A stretch of 64,000 nucleotides of DNA from Camelus ferus (Eukaryota). The stretch covers positions 51,090,001 to 51,154,000 of the forward strand of contig NC_045707.1 in the NCBI RefSeq assembly GCF_009834535.1, in the 5' to 3' direction. A model generated the notes under the pieces. The model was not told the origin of the DNA, ran no database searches, and saw only the letters and a list, made by a program, of their open reading frames with translations. The translations under genes were made by a program, and so were the position numbers. Positions 53,801 to 62,780 of this stretch are shown here, piece after piece. Positions within the stretch are counted from its first letter, which is position 1. The number at the start of each line of letters is the position of its first letter.

Positions 53801-56800
53801 CCAAACTATGTATTTTTAATGGAAATTTTCACATTTCTTTACATAAAGTTTCATATAGTATATGAACAAATGAATCTATGTTTTGTTTATAATTTCTATT
53901 TATTTTTGATTTATTTATACATACCATTCACCACCATTAAACTGTGTAAGAAGTGCATTTTACAGTTTTTTTAAATCTCCGATTGCACCTATCAAGATTA
54001 TGAGCATGATTGACAGTAAAAATGCATTAAGTAATATATAAAAAGGAGTAGCCCTTTGATGATGTCTTCTTCAATACCTTTCTCTTTGCCTGAAAGTTCC
54101 TCTCTGAATTCTACATTCTTCAAGTCCTTTTTCTTGAAGCCTTTTCTGACTCCTCTAGGAGAGTTTATTTTTCTTATACAACTGCATTATAATACTGATT
54201 CCCTATTAATGCTATTAGTAATACCTTATGGCCTGTAATAATTTATTCAAAAATGTATATTAAGTACCTGTATTCCCATCAATGTTGCCATCTAGGGACA
54301 GCTGGAACTTCCTTTCTAGTGCCTTACAGATACTGTTTAGTATTGTGAGCTACCCTTTTATGTCTTGTCTTCACAAAGTAGATTAGAAATTACTTAAAGT
54401 CAGAGATTTTGTTTTATACTATTCATCTGCTTCACAATATTTAAATGTTTGCTGTGTACATTGATATGTATTTGTTTTTCTAATAAGTTAATTCAGCTAT
54501 AATGAAACATTTGCTTATTTGATAAAATTTTGGTTCTAGGTGTTTGTTGAAGATGAATTGCTTTAGACTGTTTCTTCTTGTTTTGTTTTGTTTTTTCCTC
54601 ATAGTAGACTTGGTTCGTTTGACATGAAGGTAGAAAAATATATGTAGTTTGTGGTTGTTTTTTTGGGTGTGTGTACTTAAAAATTTAGATTGAAACTTTC
54701 TTTTTAGTAAATATTAATGGTGTACTTTCTGTATTAAATTGCTTTTATCATTGGTACTTGGTGAAGAGTCGTGAATTAAACCTTTTTTATCTTTGTACTA
54801 GTCACAAATTGAAGATTTAAGTGAAAATATTTTAAAACTGAAAGAAACTCTTAAAGCAAGTAAAACCAGAGAAAACTCACTAACTGATAATTTGAATGAC
54901 TTAACCAATGAACTAGAAAAACAACAAAAAGCCTATAATAAAATGCTCAGAGAGAAAGATAGAACTGATCAAGAGAATGATGAACTGAAAAGGACAAATT
55001 AAAAGACTAACCAGTGGATTACAGGTAATTTTATATTTAATTGTGATAATGTTATATAATTGTGATTATATTATGATTTATAATGCACAGGTAGCAGTTT
55101 ATTCCGATTTTTAAATTTTATCTATAATATTTGCTGAAACTAGCTTTCAAATCACTTTGATTAATGTAGCTGCTATTTCCTTCAGTGACTTCTATTGTAT
55201 TTGTAGTTTTAGGGTAGCATGTCTTATTAAAATACAGAAGCAGCTACCATGATGTATTTAAATACCAATAATGTCATTTAGAAAGTATGGTTAGCTACAG
55301 TATTAGAAAAGTTTCTACAATTGGAATATTTATTGTGTATTTTGTTTGATACTTTTTTACTTGTAAAATGTAAAAATGCACCTTATTTTTCAGGGCAAAC
55401 CTCTGATAGATAATAAACAAAGTTTAATTGAAGAACTCCAAAAGAAAATTAAAAAGCTAGAAAGCCAGCTGGAAAAAAAGGTGGATGAGGTAGAAGTAAA
55501 ATCTGTGAAAGAAAAGGTACTGTGAGCAAACATCCTGATGTGTTTAAGGTAGTGATAGACTAAGATAAATACATAATTGATGAACACATAATCTGAGGAC
55601 CTGGTACATACTAAAATAGTAATGGATAACATAGAGAAGTCTAAGACAGATTTCTGTCCTCTAGGAATTTACATGTCTACTTGAAAAGACACCAATAATA
55701 TAACCTTATTTGGAAATTACTGTATCATCTCCATGTCATCTTCCTGACATTATAGCACCTCCAAAACCCCTTCATTCCTTACATAGCCAGCTGCATTTAT
55801 CATTTTTACCAGTGTAATTGTTTATATAGAATGGTTTATATAGACCTTTGGGAAAGAAAGCTGAGCATTTTTATTCTTCTGTCTTGACCCAAATGTGTTT
55901 TTTTTTTAATCCTTTAATGGAGTGGGCTATTAATTTCAGGGTAGACAAAGTGGTTTGGAATATATTCAATATTTGCAGTAATAATAACCAATCCACTCAT
56001 AAATTGATTCTGTAATATGAGAAAAATTGCTTAAAATTTTCTTACACATTAACTAGTAGACTATTTTGTAATAAAAATTACGGATGGAAATTACCCCCCA
56101 AAAACTAAAATACATATAATTAGATTTATTGAAAATAATAAACTGAACACTTAAATCTTGTTGGTAGCATTGAAAATGTCAAAAATGACCTGGTAAATAT
56201 TGGTGTTAGTAATAATGTTTGCCCCTGAGGAAAATCACAGTGGAGGAGCCATGGTTAGGAAAAAATTTTATTGTAAAATTTACTCAGAAAATATTCAGTA
56301 TCTATAAAATAATTTCAATAATGTGAAAATAGAAAAGAAAATTAAGTATCTTTAATGGCATGGATAGAAAGTAAGTAATGAGATTAAAATGTTTTATAAA
56401 GTAGATTGCAAAAAATATTTTCCTTATGAAAATTATCAGTGTCAGTATAATTTTGATTTAAATGTTTACATTTATATACATGGAACCACAACATACTTGT
56501 CAGAAGTTTTGCTGGTGAAAACTACAAGATCAAAATGTCTTTACTCTTCTACATTGCTTTTTGCTGCCTGCCTAACTTGGTTGTAGGTCTAATCCTTGGA
56601 TACTAGTTCCTAACTTAATTCCTATCAGAATACCTCGATCCCTGTGGCTTTGTCTGGACCCCTAATTTCTGTGATTCAGCTTATTTCTCTTTAAAATAGA
56701 AATAATACTGTTTGTATTGCCACTTTCTCAAGATCTCAACATTATTTTGACAATGAAATGAAATAATACATGAAAAGTCTTTTGTAATCCCATCAACGCT

Positions 56801-59800
56801 AGACCAGGGTATATTACTCACTAGAAAAGGAAAGAGAACACAGATAGCTGCAAAAATACTAAAATCTATATTCAGGAATCCGATGAGAATATTCTCTCAC
56901 GTTCTACAATGCTGGGCATTTCTAATTTATAGAAATAAAATTTTAATACTCAAAGAATGCTTTAATATTGAAATTACAGCTCTTTTTCTCTGTAAACAGT
57001 GTCTGTGGTCTATCTCTCTAAGATAACAAAACCCAACCCCATCCATACCTTGCATTCTTGTTTCTTAGGCTTCTCTCCTTTCCTCTATAGCATTTATTAC
57101 TATCTGACATACTAGAATTTACTTATCTATGTGTTCATCTTTTAGACTTAAGCTTTGATGGAAAGAACTTTGCCTGTTTTGTTTATTTTTGTATTCTCAG
57201 CGTTTGGAAGGCTCCCTGGCATGTAGTAGATGCACTCAGTATTTGTTGAATGAACGAATATTTTAAAATGCAATGAAATTATTCTGAACTCTGTGGTAAG
57301 AGACTGGTAGGAAAAATATGAAAAGAGAACTTCTCTTCCCATCCTGTCTTATCCCCTTTTCTCCCCTAGTCTAGGTCAGGCTCTTGGTGACATGTGCCTT
57401 TGTTGTTTTTCTGTTCATTTTTTAATTATTTCAGCCTTGCTTCCCGTCGGTCCTACTTCAGAGAGTAATGTCAAATGAGATAGAATTGCCCAGCCTGTGC
57501 AGAGCACTCCATGCTGCAGAATTACTTACTTATATACTTTTGCCCTCAACTAATAACATTTCTGAAAATACACAAAATTCCTTGTCTATTTTTCAGAAAA
57601 AAAGAAGTTAATAAATATCAACCAGCTACTGAAGTTTTTACATTTTTTGAAAGGATATCTGTTAGGCAAACCAAATAAATAAGGTAAAAAATTGGCCAGT
57701 ATGGGAGAAGATCATTTTGATAGGGCTACTTGTCTTAGTTTGGTATTTGACTTTAAACGTGGCTTTTAATCCTTTCAGTCCCAACATTCTCTTTAATAGC
57801 AAATAGTGTTTCATAATGTCCCCTTTACTATTCCACATGAAATTTATGGTTAATATAAACTACCTACATGGATAATTTCAAAAATGTCACTATAAATGGC
57901 TTAAGTGAAATATGAAGGAGAAACAAAAGGAAAATAATTTGTAAAAATAATAAATATACTAATATATTTTTCATAATTCAACATGTAAATGCTTCATAGA
58001 AAACATAATGAAGTAGTCATGTAGTTTCCCTTTAGGGGACACTGATGTAAATTCTGAGCTACAGATGCAGACTAATACAAATGTAGTCTGTTGGCAACTC
58101 ATGTCACAAAGGCATTGCCATTTCTGATTTGATTTCCAAAATGGTAAACAGTTTCTACAGTTCTCAGCAAAATGAAGTCTATAGTCTTACTTTTATAAGT
58201 CTCTTACATGCCTAGAAAAGTCAGTGTACATTTAAGCCATTAAAAAATTGCTTGGTGGAAGGTAAGTAAGTTCTTAGCTCAGATGATTTTGAACAGAATT
58301 TTTAACTATATGAATATTCAAGAGGACACGTGATAATTATTCAGTACATGGGACTGTTCTGTGTTACATAGACTTTCATGGATACCTTATCTCAGTTATA
58401 ACAAACCACAACATCTACCCTGAAATGTCTTAATTCCCTTCCTTTTTTTTTTGCAGTTATCACGAGCTAACATACTGCAAAAAATCTTTTCTTGTTTTTT
58501 GTCTATATTTTGCTCCCTTCCCCTAATCCACCCACCAACCAACATAAACTAGTCTGTAATATCCTTGAAGATAAGGGGTTTTTTTTGGTCTGATTTATTC
58601 ATTGTTTCTATTCCTAGTGCTTAGAGTAGTACCTGGCACAAAATTAGCACTAAATAAATATCTGTTGAATGAGAGAAATAATGTGCATCGAAGATTTCAA
58701 GGGGTTGTGATCCTAGGAGATTGCTTTTGGGTGACAAAATTGGGTTGGTCATTTCTGCATATGCATTCTTTGTTAGAAATTTACTTTAGTTATGATCCAT
58801 TTGTATTAGACTCCTTAAGGGTGTTGGCATTAGTCCAAACTGTTCCTCAAAATTTTATCTGTCAAGTTACATAATACAGAATCTTAAACTGAAGGGCATT
58901 TTTGCTTACAGCTTAGCATGCCTAAAGATCCTAGAAGTGACACAGCAAAATGAACCTAGTTATATATTCTTTACGGAGTGTTGGTTTACCATTAGTTCTA
59001 GTAAATTGTAATTGATAAATCTAAAATTAAAAACAATATTGGTAATTTTCTTCTTCCTTTGTTATTTTTTAAACATTTTTATTGATTTATAATCATTTTA
59101 CAATGTTGTGTCAAATTCCAGTGTAGAGCACAATTTTTCAGTTACACATGACCATATATATATTCATTGTCACATTTTTTTCTCTGTGAGCTACCATAAG
59201 ATCTTGTATATATTTCCCTGTGCTATACAGTACAATCTTGTTTATCTATTCTACAATTTTGAAATCCCAGTCTATCCCTTCCCACCCCCAACCCCCTTGG
59301 CAACCACAAGTTTGTATTCTATGTCTATGAGTCTGTTTCTGTTTTGTATTTATGCTTTGTTTGTTTGTTTTTTCTTCTTCCTTTGTTATTATTTACAGAG
59401 TGCCAGAGAAGAATTAATTAGATGGGAAGAAGGTAAAAAATGGCAAACCAAAATAGAGGGACTTCGAAACAAGTTAAAAGAGAAAGAGGGGGAAGTCTAT
59501 ATTCTAACAAAGCAGTTGAATACTTTGAAAGATCTTTTTGCCAAGTGAGTTTAAATTTAATATAAACCTAGTTAATTATGTGTAAAGTCTTAATTGACCT
59601 GGAAGTTATATAGTTTTTGTGAACTTGATAATATGAAAGATTTTCTAGTTTTAATTATCATTTATTGTCTATAGTTCGCTTTTTATTTTCTTTAAAATAT
59701 GTCAAATACATTTTTAACAATTTATAAATGGAGTTTCCTATAATTTTGAAATAAGTTAGCTCATAACAAACACAGAATGATCCAACTTTTGTATATTGGG

Positions 59801-62780
59801 CTTATAGTAAGGAAGCTGCAGTTTAATAAATTGAGTAAGCCAAACAATGAATGGTATATTTTCATCATTCTGTATTAAATCCCACAGAGCTGATAAAGAG
59901 AAACTTACTTTGCAGAAGAAACTAAAAACAACTGGCATGACTGTAGATCAAGTTATGGGAGTGCGAGCATTGGAGTCAGAAAAAGAGTTAGAAGAATTAA
60001 GAAAGAAAAATCTTGACTTAGAAAATGACATATCGTATATGAGGTAAGCTATTACATGACATGTGCTATCCGTTACCATGAAGGAAAACTGGTCAACCCA
60101 TAGTAACTGATACAGTAAGTGTGTTAATTTAACATGCGGGTTCTGTTGATTGTCTTCTCCCTTGTGATTCAGGATATTCCTGGTTCTTCGAATGTCACAT
60201 AATATAGATTATATTCTTGAACTTTGGAATATTATGCTGTGACTCTGGGTCTTGGTTAAATTGTATGGAAAATGTAGATATTTTTGTTTTAGCAGGTCTG
60301 GTTATGTTCAGGCCCCATGTTCTAATTTTCTGTCTGTGGGCAATGGTTCTAATATCATTTCTGTTTTCAAAGCTTTTGCAGTGCTCTTTGGCTCTATTCT
60401 GCCTCTGTACCTCCTGGTATATGGGCTGTCTTCTTTTAGTTCAGTTCTCAGAGTCTTTAATAATCTCATTAGGATCAGATCCATACATGCATGCTCAAGG
60501 GGGAGCCCAGGAGTTTGCGTACAACTTTGTAAGGTTCCCTGCTTGTGCTGCTTTCTTTCTGTGATCTCCCTGATACTTTCCGTTACCCGTGGGCTCCCCC
60601 TCTTGGTGTATCTTCAGCAGCATCTGGGGCTTTAGTTGCCTGTTCTTCAGTGATTGTGCTCCTGTGTGCAGCTAAGCCAGCAATAGGAGGGCAGAGAGGG
60701 GACAAGGGGGGTGCGGCACTACTTTGCCTTCTCCTCTCACTAGTCACAGTTCTGCCAATTGAAGAGGATTCCTCTCCCTAAAAATTTTGGCTAGCGCGTT
60801 CCCAATGCAGCCTCTGCCACCACTGCCATGGGATTGCCTGAGGATTAGGACCTGAGAGAATGGGTAGGAGAGAAAATAAAAAGGGAGTTTTGCACTGTCT
60901 GTGAGTCTTGTAAGTACCCTTTCTCCTTGCTGGAGCTAGAACTAGAACTTTTAGCCTTCCTAGAGCTCTCTCCCTCCGTGCTGACACTCTTCATCAGGTT
61001 TCAAGCTGTGTTGTGTTCAGGCCAAAATACTAGAAGAAAAGAAAAGGTAAATTGACCACCTGTTTGCTCATATTTCAAATTCTGGTATTCTGTCTGAATA
61101 TGTAAAATACTAATTTTTCAAAGTTCTCAAATAGCTGCTCCATGAATTTGGGAGAGACGAGAGTGGATGTGTTTACTCCACTCTACTTAGAACCAGAACC
61201 CCTGCCACCCATGTCATTGTTTTAACAGAGCCTTTGAAATTTTTTGTTGTTTTGCTGTCTCTTTCCAAGCTTTATCTTCTGATGTAGTCACAGTCATGCA
61301 AAGCAAAATAAAATCATGTCCAAACAACAATTCAACAATTGAAACTATTTATAATTTTCTGTTTCACTTAGTCCTTTCAAGGTGAATTTAGATTAATTTT
61401 ACATAATTTACTTCCTTTCCTAAGTGCTTACAAACAGTCTGGAATCATGTTAATGATCATTGTCAAAGTCTGGTACCTACCTGTAACATTTGGCTATGAA
61501 GACACTTACTCTTCCTAAATTTATCATACTTTTTTCCTTTCTTTAAAAATTACAATTGGTCTTTATTAATGACTATAATTGTATCCATATTAATGTAATG
61601 TGAACCTATGAAATTGAATTCTTTTGAAGGAACACTCATGAGCTTCTAGCCTACATTCCATCTCCTTTACTTCTAAGTCATTGTTTCGTAAATCCTTCAG
61701 AATTTTCCTTGATAGAAAAGAAAATAGTGCTTGAAGAATTCTTCTTTCTTATGTTCTTATAGCTACTGTCTGGTCCTAGCAGTTGCTCCGTGCCTCCTTG
61801 TTTTTCTTAGTCGAAACATATGTTCAAAATAAAACTAAACCCTTTTAGTCTCCTTTGCAGTTTTCACAAGGATCAAAATATTTTAATTTTAAAAACTGCT
61901 AATACTTTTAGATGATGAATGGCTCTTTTTTTTTTTTCCTAATAATGCAGATCTGTGTAGGCTGAAGTAATTGGAGAAGACTTGATAAAAGATTGAACTT
62001 ATCTTCTCTCTCAGTTTAAGTGGGAATTTCTGAATTTTATGATCTAGTTCTAGATATTAAAGGGGGGAAGGACATTCCAAGAAAACAGAAGCCTAGCAGA
62101 GACATAGAGACAGGAGTGTAACTTTCATGTGTGGGTAAGAGTGGATTTATTTGCCTAAATAAAGGGAGGCTCCTAGACAAACACGTTGAACAGATGTGGT
62201 TGTGCCAGATAGTGGACAGCCTTGTAGATCATGCAGATAAGTGTGGATTGAAGTAGTAGATTTTTGTCTGGCACCAGTAAGAGCCTTTTAAAATCTTTGA
62301 ACTTCTTGAGAAGCACATGGATGTTATATGTTTTAAAAATAGTAAGTTTTTTTTATTCAGTAATATTACACAATCCCCAAAATAGATACATGTTCTTTAC
62401 AAATGTTAATGTATTTCTTAAAATCAAAATATACTTTTAACTTGTAGTTTAAAGGACCCCTGCAGTGAATCCTCTGTAAAGGATCATTTTATAATATAGC
62501 CATATCCTAATTTAATTTTTATTAAGTTCTCAAGTTTTGTAGAATTTAAAATAAATGCAGTATAAATAAATATATATTTCCCCCGTATTTTAATGTAGTA
62601 AAATAGTGGAAAGTTGAAAGTTTAAATAGTAAAGAGTCTGTGGTTGTTTTTCACAGGACTCATCAAGCTCTTCCTCGAGATGCTGTTATAGAAGATTTAC
62701 GTTTACGAAATAAATACCTCCAAGAAAAACTTCATGCTTTAGAAAAACAGTTTTCAAGGGATGCATATTCTAAGCCTTCA
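2707..62780 (+). CDS. CEP290: Centrosomal protein of 290 kDa, internal part of a multi-exon gene (about human exons 6-44; partial at both ends)
   Basis: 39 exons with AG/GT (one GC) boundaries. Spliced translation gives recognisable CEP290 peptides ([60 protein letters not shown] exon 31 segment, [13 protein letters not shown]). Phases are consistent except the exon 40 frameshift. Confidence 0.98.
4285..5640 (-). mobile_element. Old L2 fragment interrupted by a MIR (~4680-4950)
   Basis: Begins with the antisense L2 3' end (cattcag...actgagta...tgccagaaactgtgctaggtact); purine-rich body; MIR core gaggaaaaaactgaggcacagaaagggtaagtaattgccca. Confidence 0.6.
4724..4798. repeat. Degenerate (TTTGGGATTA[TTA])n minisatellite inside a MIR
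   Basis: Six tttggga units with variable att spacers. Confidence 0.8.
6612..6665 (+). CDS. CEP290: CEP290 exon ~7 (54 nt)
   Basis: tttag|TTG...GAG|gttcgt; [18 protein letters not shown]. Confidence 0.92.
7245..7265 (+). CDS. CEP290: CEP290 exon ~8 (21-nt microexon)
   Basis: ctggag|AAC...AAG|gtgagg; NKRLKKK. Confidence 0.85.
7393..7545 (+). CDS. CEP290: CEP290 exon ~9 (153 nt)
   Basis: ttcag|AAT...CAG|gtaaaa; [14 protein letters not shown]...YLDEIQ. Confidence 0.95.
7580..7694 (-). mobile_element. tRNA-derived SINE (camelid Vic-1-like)
   Basis: ggaggtactagggattgaacgcaggaccttgtgcatgctaagcatgctctctaccactgagctatac is an antisense tRNA A/B-box head; T-rich tail; imperfect TSD tcaaa(g/a)caat. 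Confidence 0.8.
8069..8251 (+). CDS. CEP290: CEP290 exon ~10 (183 nt)
   Basis: cttag|ACT...CAG|gtaaaa; [19 protein letters not shown]...DHYRLQ. Confidence 0.95.
8905..8994 (+). CDS. CEP290: CEP290 exon ~11 (90 nt)
   Basis: ttcag|GTG...AAG|gtgctt; [30 protein letters not shown]. Confidence 0.95.
9760..9939. mobile_element. MER58A-like hAT DNA transposon
   Basis: cagaggtcagtaaacc...aaaggccag...ggctgttttccaataaaacttta...catagtttaccaacccc; imperfect terminal inverted repeats. Confidence 0.65.
10883..11086 (-). mobile_element. L1 3' end fragment (L1MA-like) fused to the U6atac copy
   Basis: Antisense L1 3' UTR motifs (tttcaggtgtgcaatgtaatgatttgatatttgtatacattgcaaaatgattaccacagtaag...ttaacatccat); shares a flanking TSD with the U6atac copy. 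Confidence 0.75.
11087..11211 (-). pseudogene. RNU6ATAC: U6atac snRNA retrocopy (near full length, diverged), 5' part of a U6atac-L1 chimera
   Basis: Reverse complement contains AGAGAAGGTTAGCACTCCCCTT, CAGGCCTGACAACATGCATGCGGTTAAGG and CTACTTCATGGCATCTAACCATCATTTTT, matching the recalled U6atac sequence with CpG-type decay. Confidence 0.9.
11620..11742 (+). CDS. CEP290: CEP290 exon ~12 (123 nt)
   Basis: tctag|TTA...CAG|gtaaaa; [41 protein letters not shown]. Confidence 0.95.
12653..12776 (+). CDS. CEP290: CEP290 exon ~13 (124 nt)
   Basis: tatag|GGC...AAAG|gtaatt; [26 protein letters not shown]... Confidence 0.95.
13390..15020 (-). mobile_element. Old L2 LINE fragment
   Basis: gaaaagcctcactgaggagatattt...gagtgagccatgcagatgtc...ggacatgttaagtttgagttgctcattagacatc...gaaaattgaccattggatttagca; explains the minus-strand ORFs at 13779-14417 and 14658-15026. 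Confidence 0.7.
16537..16709 (+). CDS. CEP290: CEP290 exon ~14 (173 nt)
   Basis: ctatag|GAGCT...TCG|gtatgt; [45 protein letters not shown]...KDYES. Confidence 0.95.
17424..17586 (+). CDS. CEP290: CEP290 exon ~15 (163 nt)
   Basis: tttcag|GGA...GTGG|gtaagc; [25 protein letters not shown]...LRERV. Confidence 0.95.
19053..19153 (+). CDS. CEP290: CEP290 exon ~16 (101 nt), GC donor
   Basis: tttag|GCCTT...GAG|gcaagt; [33 protein letters not shown]. Confidence 0.93.
19226..19313 (+). CDS. CEP290: CEP290 exon ~17 (88 nt)
   Basis: tgtag|ATT...TCAG|gtatac; [29 protein letters not shown]. Confidence 0.95.
20332..20444 (+). CDS. CEP290: CEP290 exon ~18 (113 nt)
   Basis: tgtag|GATTA...AAG|gtaaac; [37 protein letters not shown]. 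Confidence 0.93.
20627..21397 (+). CDS. CEP290: Non-canonical CEP290 cassette exon '18a' (771 nt, 257 aa, Ser/Thr-rich)
   Basis: atacag|ATT...CAG|gtgagt; stop-free for 257 codons; phase 0-0, matching the flanking exons; contains most of the 241-aa ORF in the track. Confidence 0.8.
21619..21711 (+). CDS. CEP290: Non-canonical CEP290 cassette exon '18b' (93 nt, 31 aa)
   Basis: ttctttag|AAT...CAG|gtagtg; [31 protein letters not shown]; phase 0-0, coiled-coil-like. Confidence 0.75.
21992..22076 (+). CDS. CEP290: CEP290 exon ~19 (85 nt)
   Basis: tttag|AAT...AAAT|gtaagt; [28 protein letters not shown]. Confidence 0.95.
22400..22540 (-). mobile_element. tRNA-derived SINE (Vic-1-like)
   Basis: ctggagattgaacccaggatctcatgcatgctaagcatgcactctaccactaaggtata; same family as the 7.6 kb and 26.7 kb copies. 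Confidence 0.78.
22816..22958 (+). CDS. CEP290: CEP290 exon ~20 (143 nt)
   Basis: tctag|TAAAA...AAT|gtaagt; [47 protein letters not shown]. Confidence 0.95.
23005..23520 (-). mobile_element. Degenerate L1 ORF1 region
   Basis: Minus ORF 23009-23278 resembles ORF1p (VMVENFPIL...EAQQTP...[27 protein letters not shown]); interrupted by (GT)n at ~23172-23194. Confidence 0.7.
25864..26028 (+). CDS. CEP290: CEP290 exon ~21 (165 nt)
   Basis: attag|GCT...AAG|gtgaga; [37 protein letters not shown]...ANLK. Confidence 0.95.
26417..26566 (+). CDS. CEP290: CEP290 exon ~22 (150 nt)
   Basis: tccag|ATA...CAG|gtactg; [50 protein letters not shown]. Confidence 0.95.
26670..26777 (-). mobile_element. tRNA-derived SINE (Vic-1-like)
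   Basis: ggaggcactggggattgaacccaggatctctttcatgctaagcatgcactataccactgagctatacccaccccc. Confidence 0.8.
28334..28449 (+). CDS. CEP290: CEP290 exon ~23 (116 nt)
   Basis: tttag|GAA...GAG|gtatag; [38 protein letters not shown]. Confidence 0.95.
29687..29789 (+). CDS. CEP290: CEP290 exon ~24 (103 nt)
   Basis: ttaag|TGAA...AAT|gtaagt; [34 protein letters not shown]. Confidence 0.95.
29879..30109 (+). CDS. CEP290: CEP290 exon ~25 (231 nt)
   Basis: tgcag|AAT...AAG|gtacat; [38 protein letters not shown]...LQRFK. Confidence 0.95.
30150..31780 (-). mobile_element. Old L1 (L1MC-like) 3' region fragment
   Basis: ccaggatccagtcaaggaccctgcattgtatttg, aggttaaacatttttggcaagaatact and tttggccaatgggagccc motifs typical of L1MC 3' UTRs; boundaries approximate. 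Confidence 0.55.
33047..33220 (+). CDS. CEP290: CEP290 exon ~26 (174 nt)
   Basis: catag|GAA...GAG|gtaagt; [39 protein letters not shown]...NLEHLE. Confidence 0.95.
37062..37173 (+). CDS. CEP290: CEP290 exon ~27 (112 nt)
   Basis: ttcag|TGT...TTAG|gtaagt; [37 protein letters not shown]. Confidence 0.95.
39608..40113. mobile_element. Internally deleted Tigger1-type (TcMar-Tigger) element
   Basis: Terminal inverted repeats caggcatatc...ggtatgcctg; internal cacaataaagcaaatattgc...tataaaagttatgtttacattatactgtagtc matches the recalled Tigger1 terminus. Confidence 0.82.
40363..40568 (+). CDS. CEP290: CEP290 exon ~28 (206 nt)
   Basis: tttag|GAAAT...GAG|gtttga; [40 protein letters not shown]...TKFAE. 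Confidence 0.95.
41504..41655 (+). CDS. CEP290: CEP290 exon ~29 (152 nt)
   Basis: cttag|CTT...TCAAA|gtaagt; [40 protein letters not shown]... Confidence 0.95.
43148..43259 (+). CDS. CEP290: CEP290 exon ~30 (112 nt)
   Basis: cctag|ATTG...CAG|gtatgt; [37 protein letters not shown]. Confidence 0.95.
43887..44342 (+). CDS. CEP290: CEP290 exon ~31 (456 nt)
   Basis: atcag|GCA...AAG|gtaaat; [15 protein letters not shown]...LKDARGAQK. Confidence 0.97.
45122..45286 (+). CDS. CEP290: CEP290 exon ~32 (165 nt)
   Basis: tttag|GTA...AAG|gtttta; [34 protein letters not shown]...VQQNK. Confidence 0.95.
45640..46225 (+). mobile_element. L2 3' end with (GGAT)n tail followed by a MIR
   Basis: gactgtctctccctcactagtatgtaagttccatggag...ttattcactgctgt...agaatagtgc; ggatggatgg tail; MIR tgtgatcttaggcaggttacttcacctctg...cctcacagggttgttgtgaggattaaat. 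Confidence 0.65.
46267..46374 (+). CDS. CEP290: CEP290 exon ~33 (108 nt)
   Basis: ttcag|TTT...AAG|gtatga; [36 protein letters not shown]. Confidence 0.95.
46555..46632 (+). repeat. Perfect 2 x 39-nt tandem duplication of the exon 34 splice acceptor
   Basis: ccacaactgctttttaaaaaacattctatttctcaatag at 46555-46593 and again at 46594-46632. Confidence 0.95.
46633..46767 (+). CDS. CEP290: CEP290 exon ~34 (135 nt)
   Basis: aatag|TTT...GAG|gtaatt; [45 protein letters not shown]. Confidence 0.95.
47992..48258 (+). CDS. CEP290: CEP290 exon ~35 (267 nt)
   Basis: tgcag|AAG...GAG|gtattt; [37 protein letters not shown]...LEKARE. Confidence 0.96.
48864..48971 (+). CDS. CEP290: CEP290 exon ~36 (108 nt)
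   Basis: aacag|GAG...TGG|gtaaga; [36 protein letters not shown]. Confidence 0.95.
49610..49809 (+). CDS. CEP290: CEP290 exon ~37 (200 nt)
   Basis: catag|GAT...TACG|gtaagt; [33 protein letters not shown]... Confidence 0.95.
51396..51620. mobile_element. MER20 hAT DNA transposon
   Basis: gaacatttggtaatgtctgtagacatttt...ggcatctagtgggtagaagcaggggatactgctaaa...tgtcaatagtgccatgattgagaaaccctg; degenerate TSD ttataggt/ttataaag. Confidence 0.8.
51942..52155 (+). CDS. CEP290: CEP290 exon ~38 (214 nt)
   Basis: attag|GCTC...AAA|gtaagt; [19 protein letters not shown]...[28 protein letters not shown]. Confidence 0.95.
53111..53248 (+). CDS. CEP290: CEP290 exon ~39 (138 nt)
   Basis: tttag|GCA...AAG|gtgaac; [46 protein letters not shown]. 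Confidence 0.95.
54802..55024 (+). CDS. CEP290: CEP290 exon ~40 (223 nt as given; +1 frameshift near 54992-54994)
   Basis: actag|TCA...CAG|gtaatt; [15 protein letters not shown]...ENDELKR, then TN* in frame; the expected [10 protein letters not shown] is present one base out of frame. Confidence 0.92.
55394..55516 (+). CDS. CEP290: CEP290 exon ~41 (123 nt)
   Basis: ttcag|GGC...AAG|gtactg; [41 protein letters not shown]. Confidence 0.95.
59067..59369 (-). mobile_element. Young 5'-truncated L1 3' end with 21-bp target-site duplication
   Basis: tttttattgatttataatcattttacaatgttgtgtcaaattccagtgtagagcac...ccttggcaaccacaagtttgtattctatgtctatgagtctgtttctg; identical ttttcttcttcctttgttatt at 59046-59066 and 59370-59390. 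Confidence 0.88.
59399..59544 (+). CDS. CEP290: CEP290 exon ~42 (146 nt)
   Basis: tacag|AGT...GCCAA|gtgagt; [48 protein letters not shown]. Confidence 0.95.
59888..60043 (+). CDS. CEP290: CEP290 exon ~43 (156 nt)
   Basis: cacag|AGCT...TGAG|gtaagc; [51 protein letters not shown]. Confidence 0.95.
60140..61200 (-). mobile_element. Probable old L1 5'-region fragment
   Basis: Higher-GC segment with atattatgctgtgactctgggtcttggttaaattgtatggaaaatgtagatatttttgttttagcagg, typical of ancestral L1M 5' regions; family uncertain. Confidence 0.45.
62657..62780 (+). CDS. CEP290: CEP290 exon ~44 (124 nt)
   Basis: cacag|GACT...TCA|gtaagt; [41 protein letters not shown]. Confidence 0.95.

Noticed and set aside
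60217..60987. Cluster of overlapping ORFs of 69-127 aa
   Set aside because: They fall in a higher-GC, probably L1-derived segment and show no coherent protein signal.
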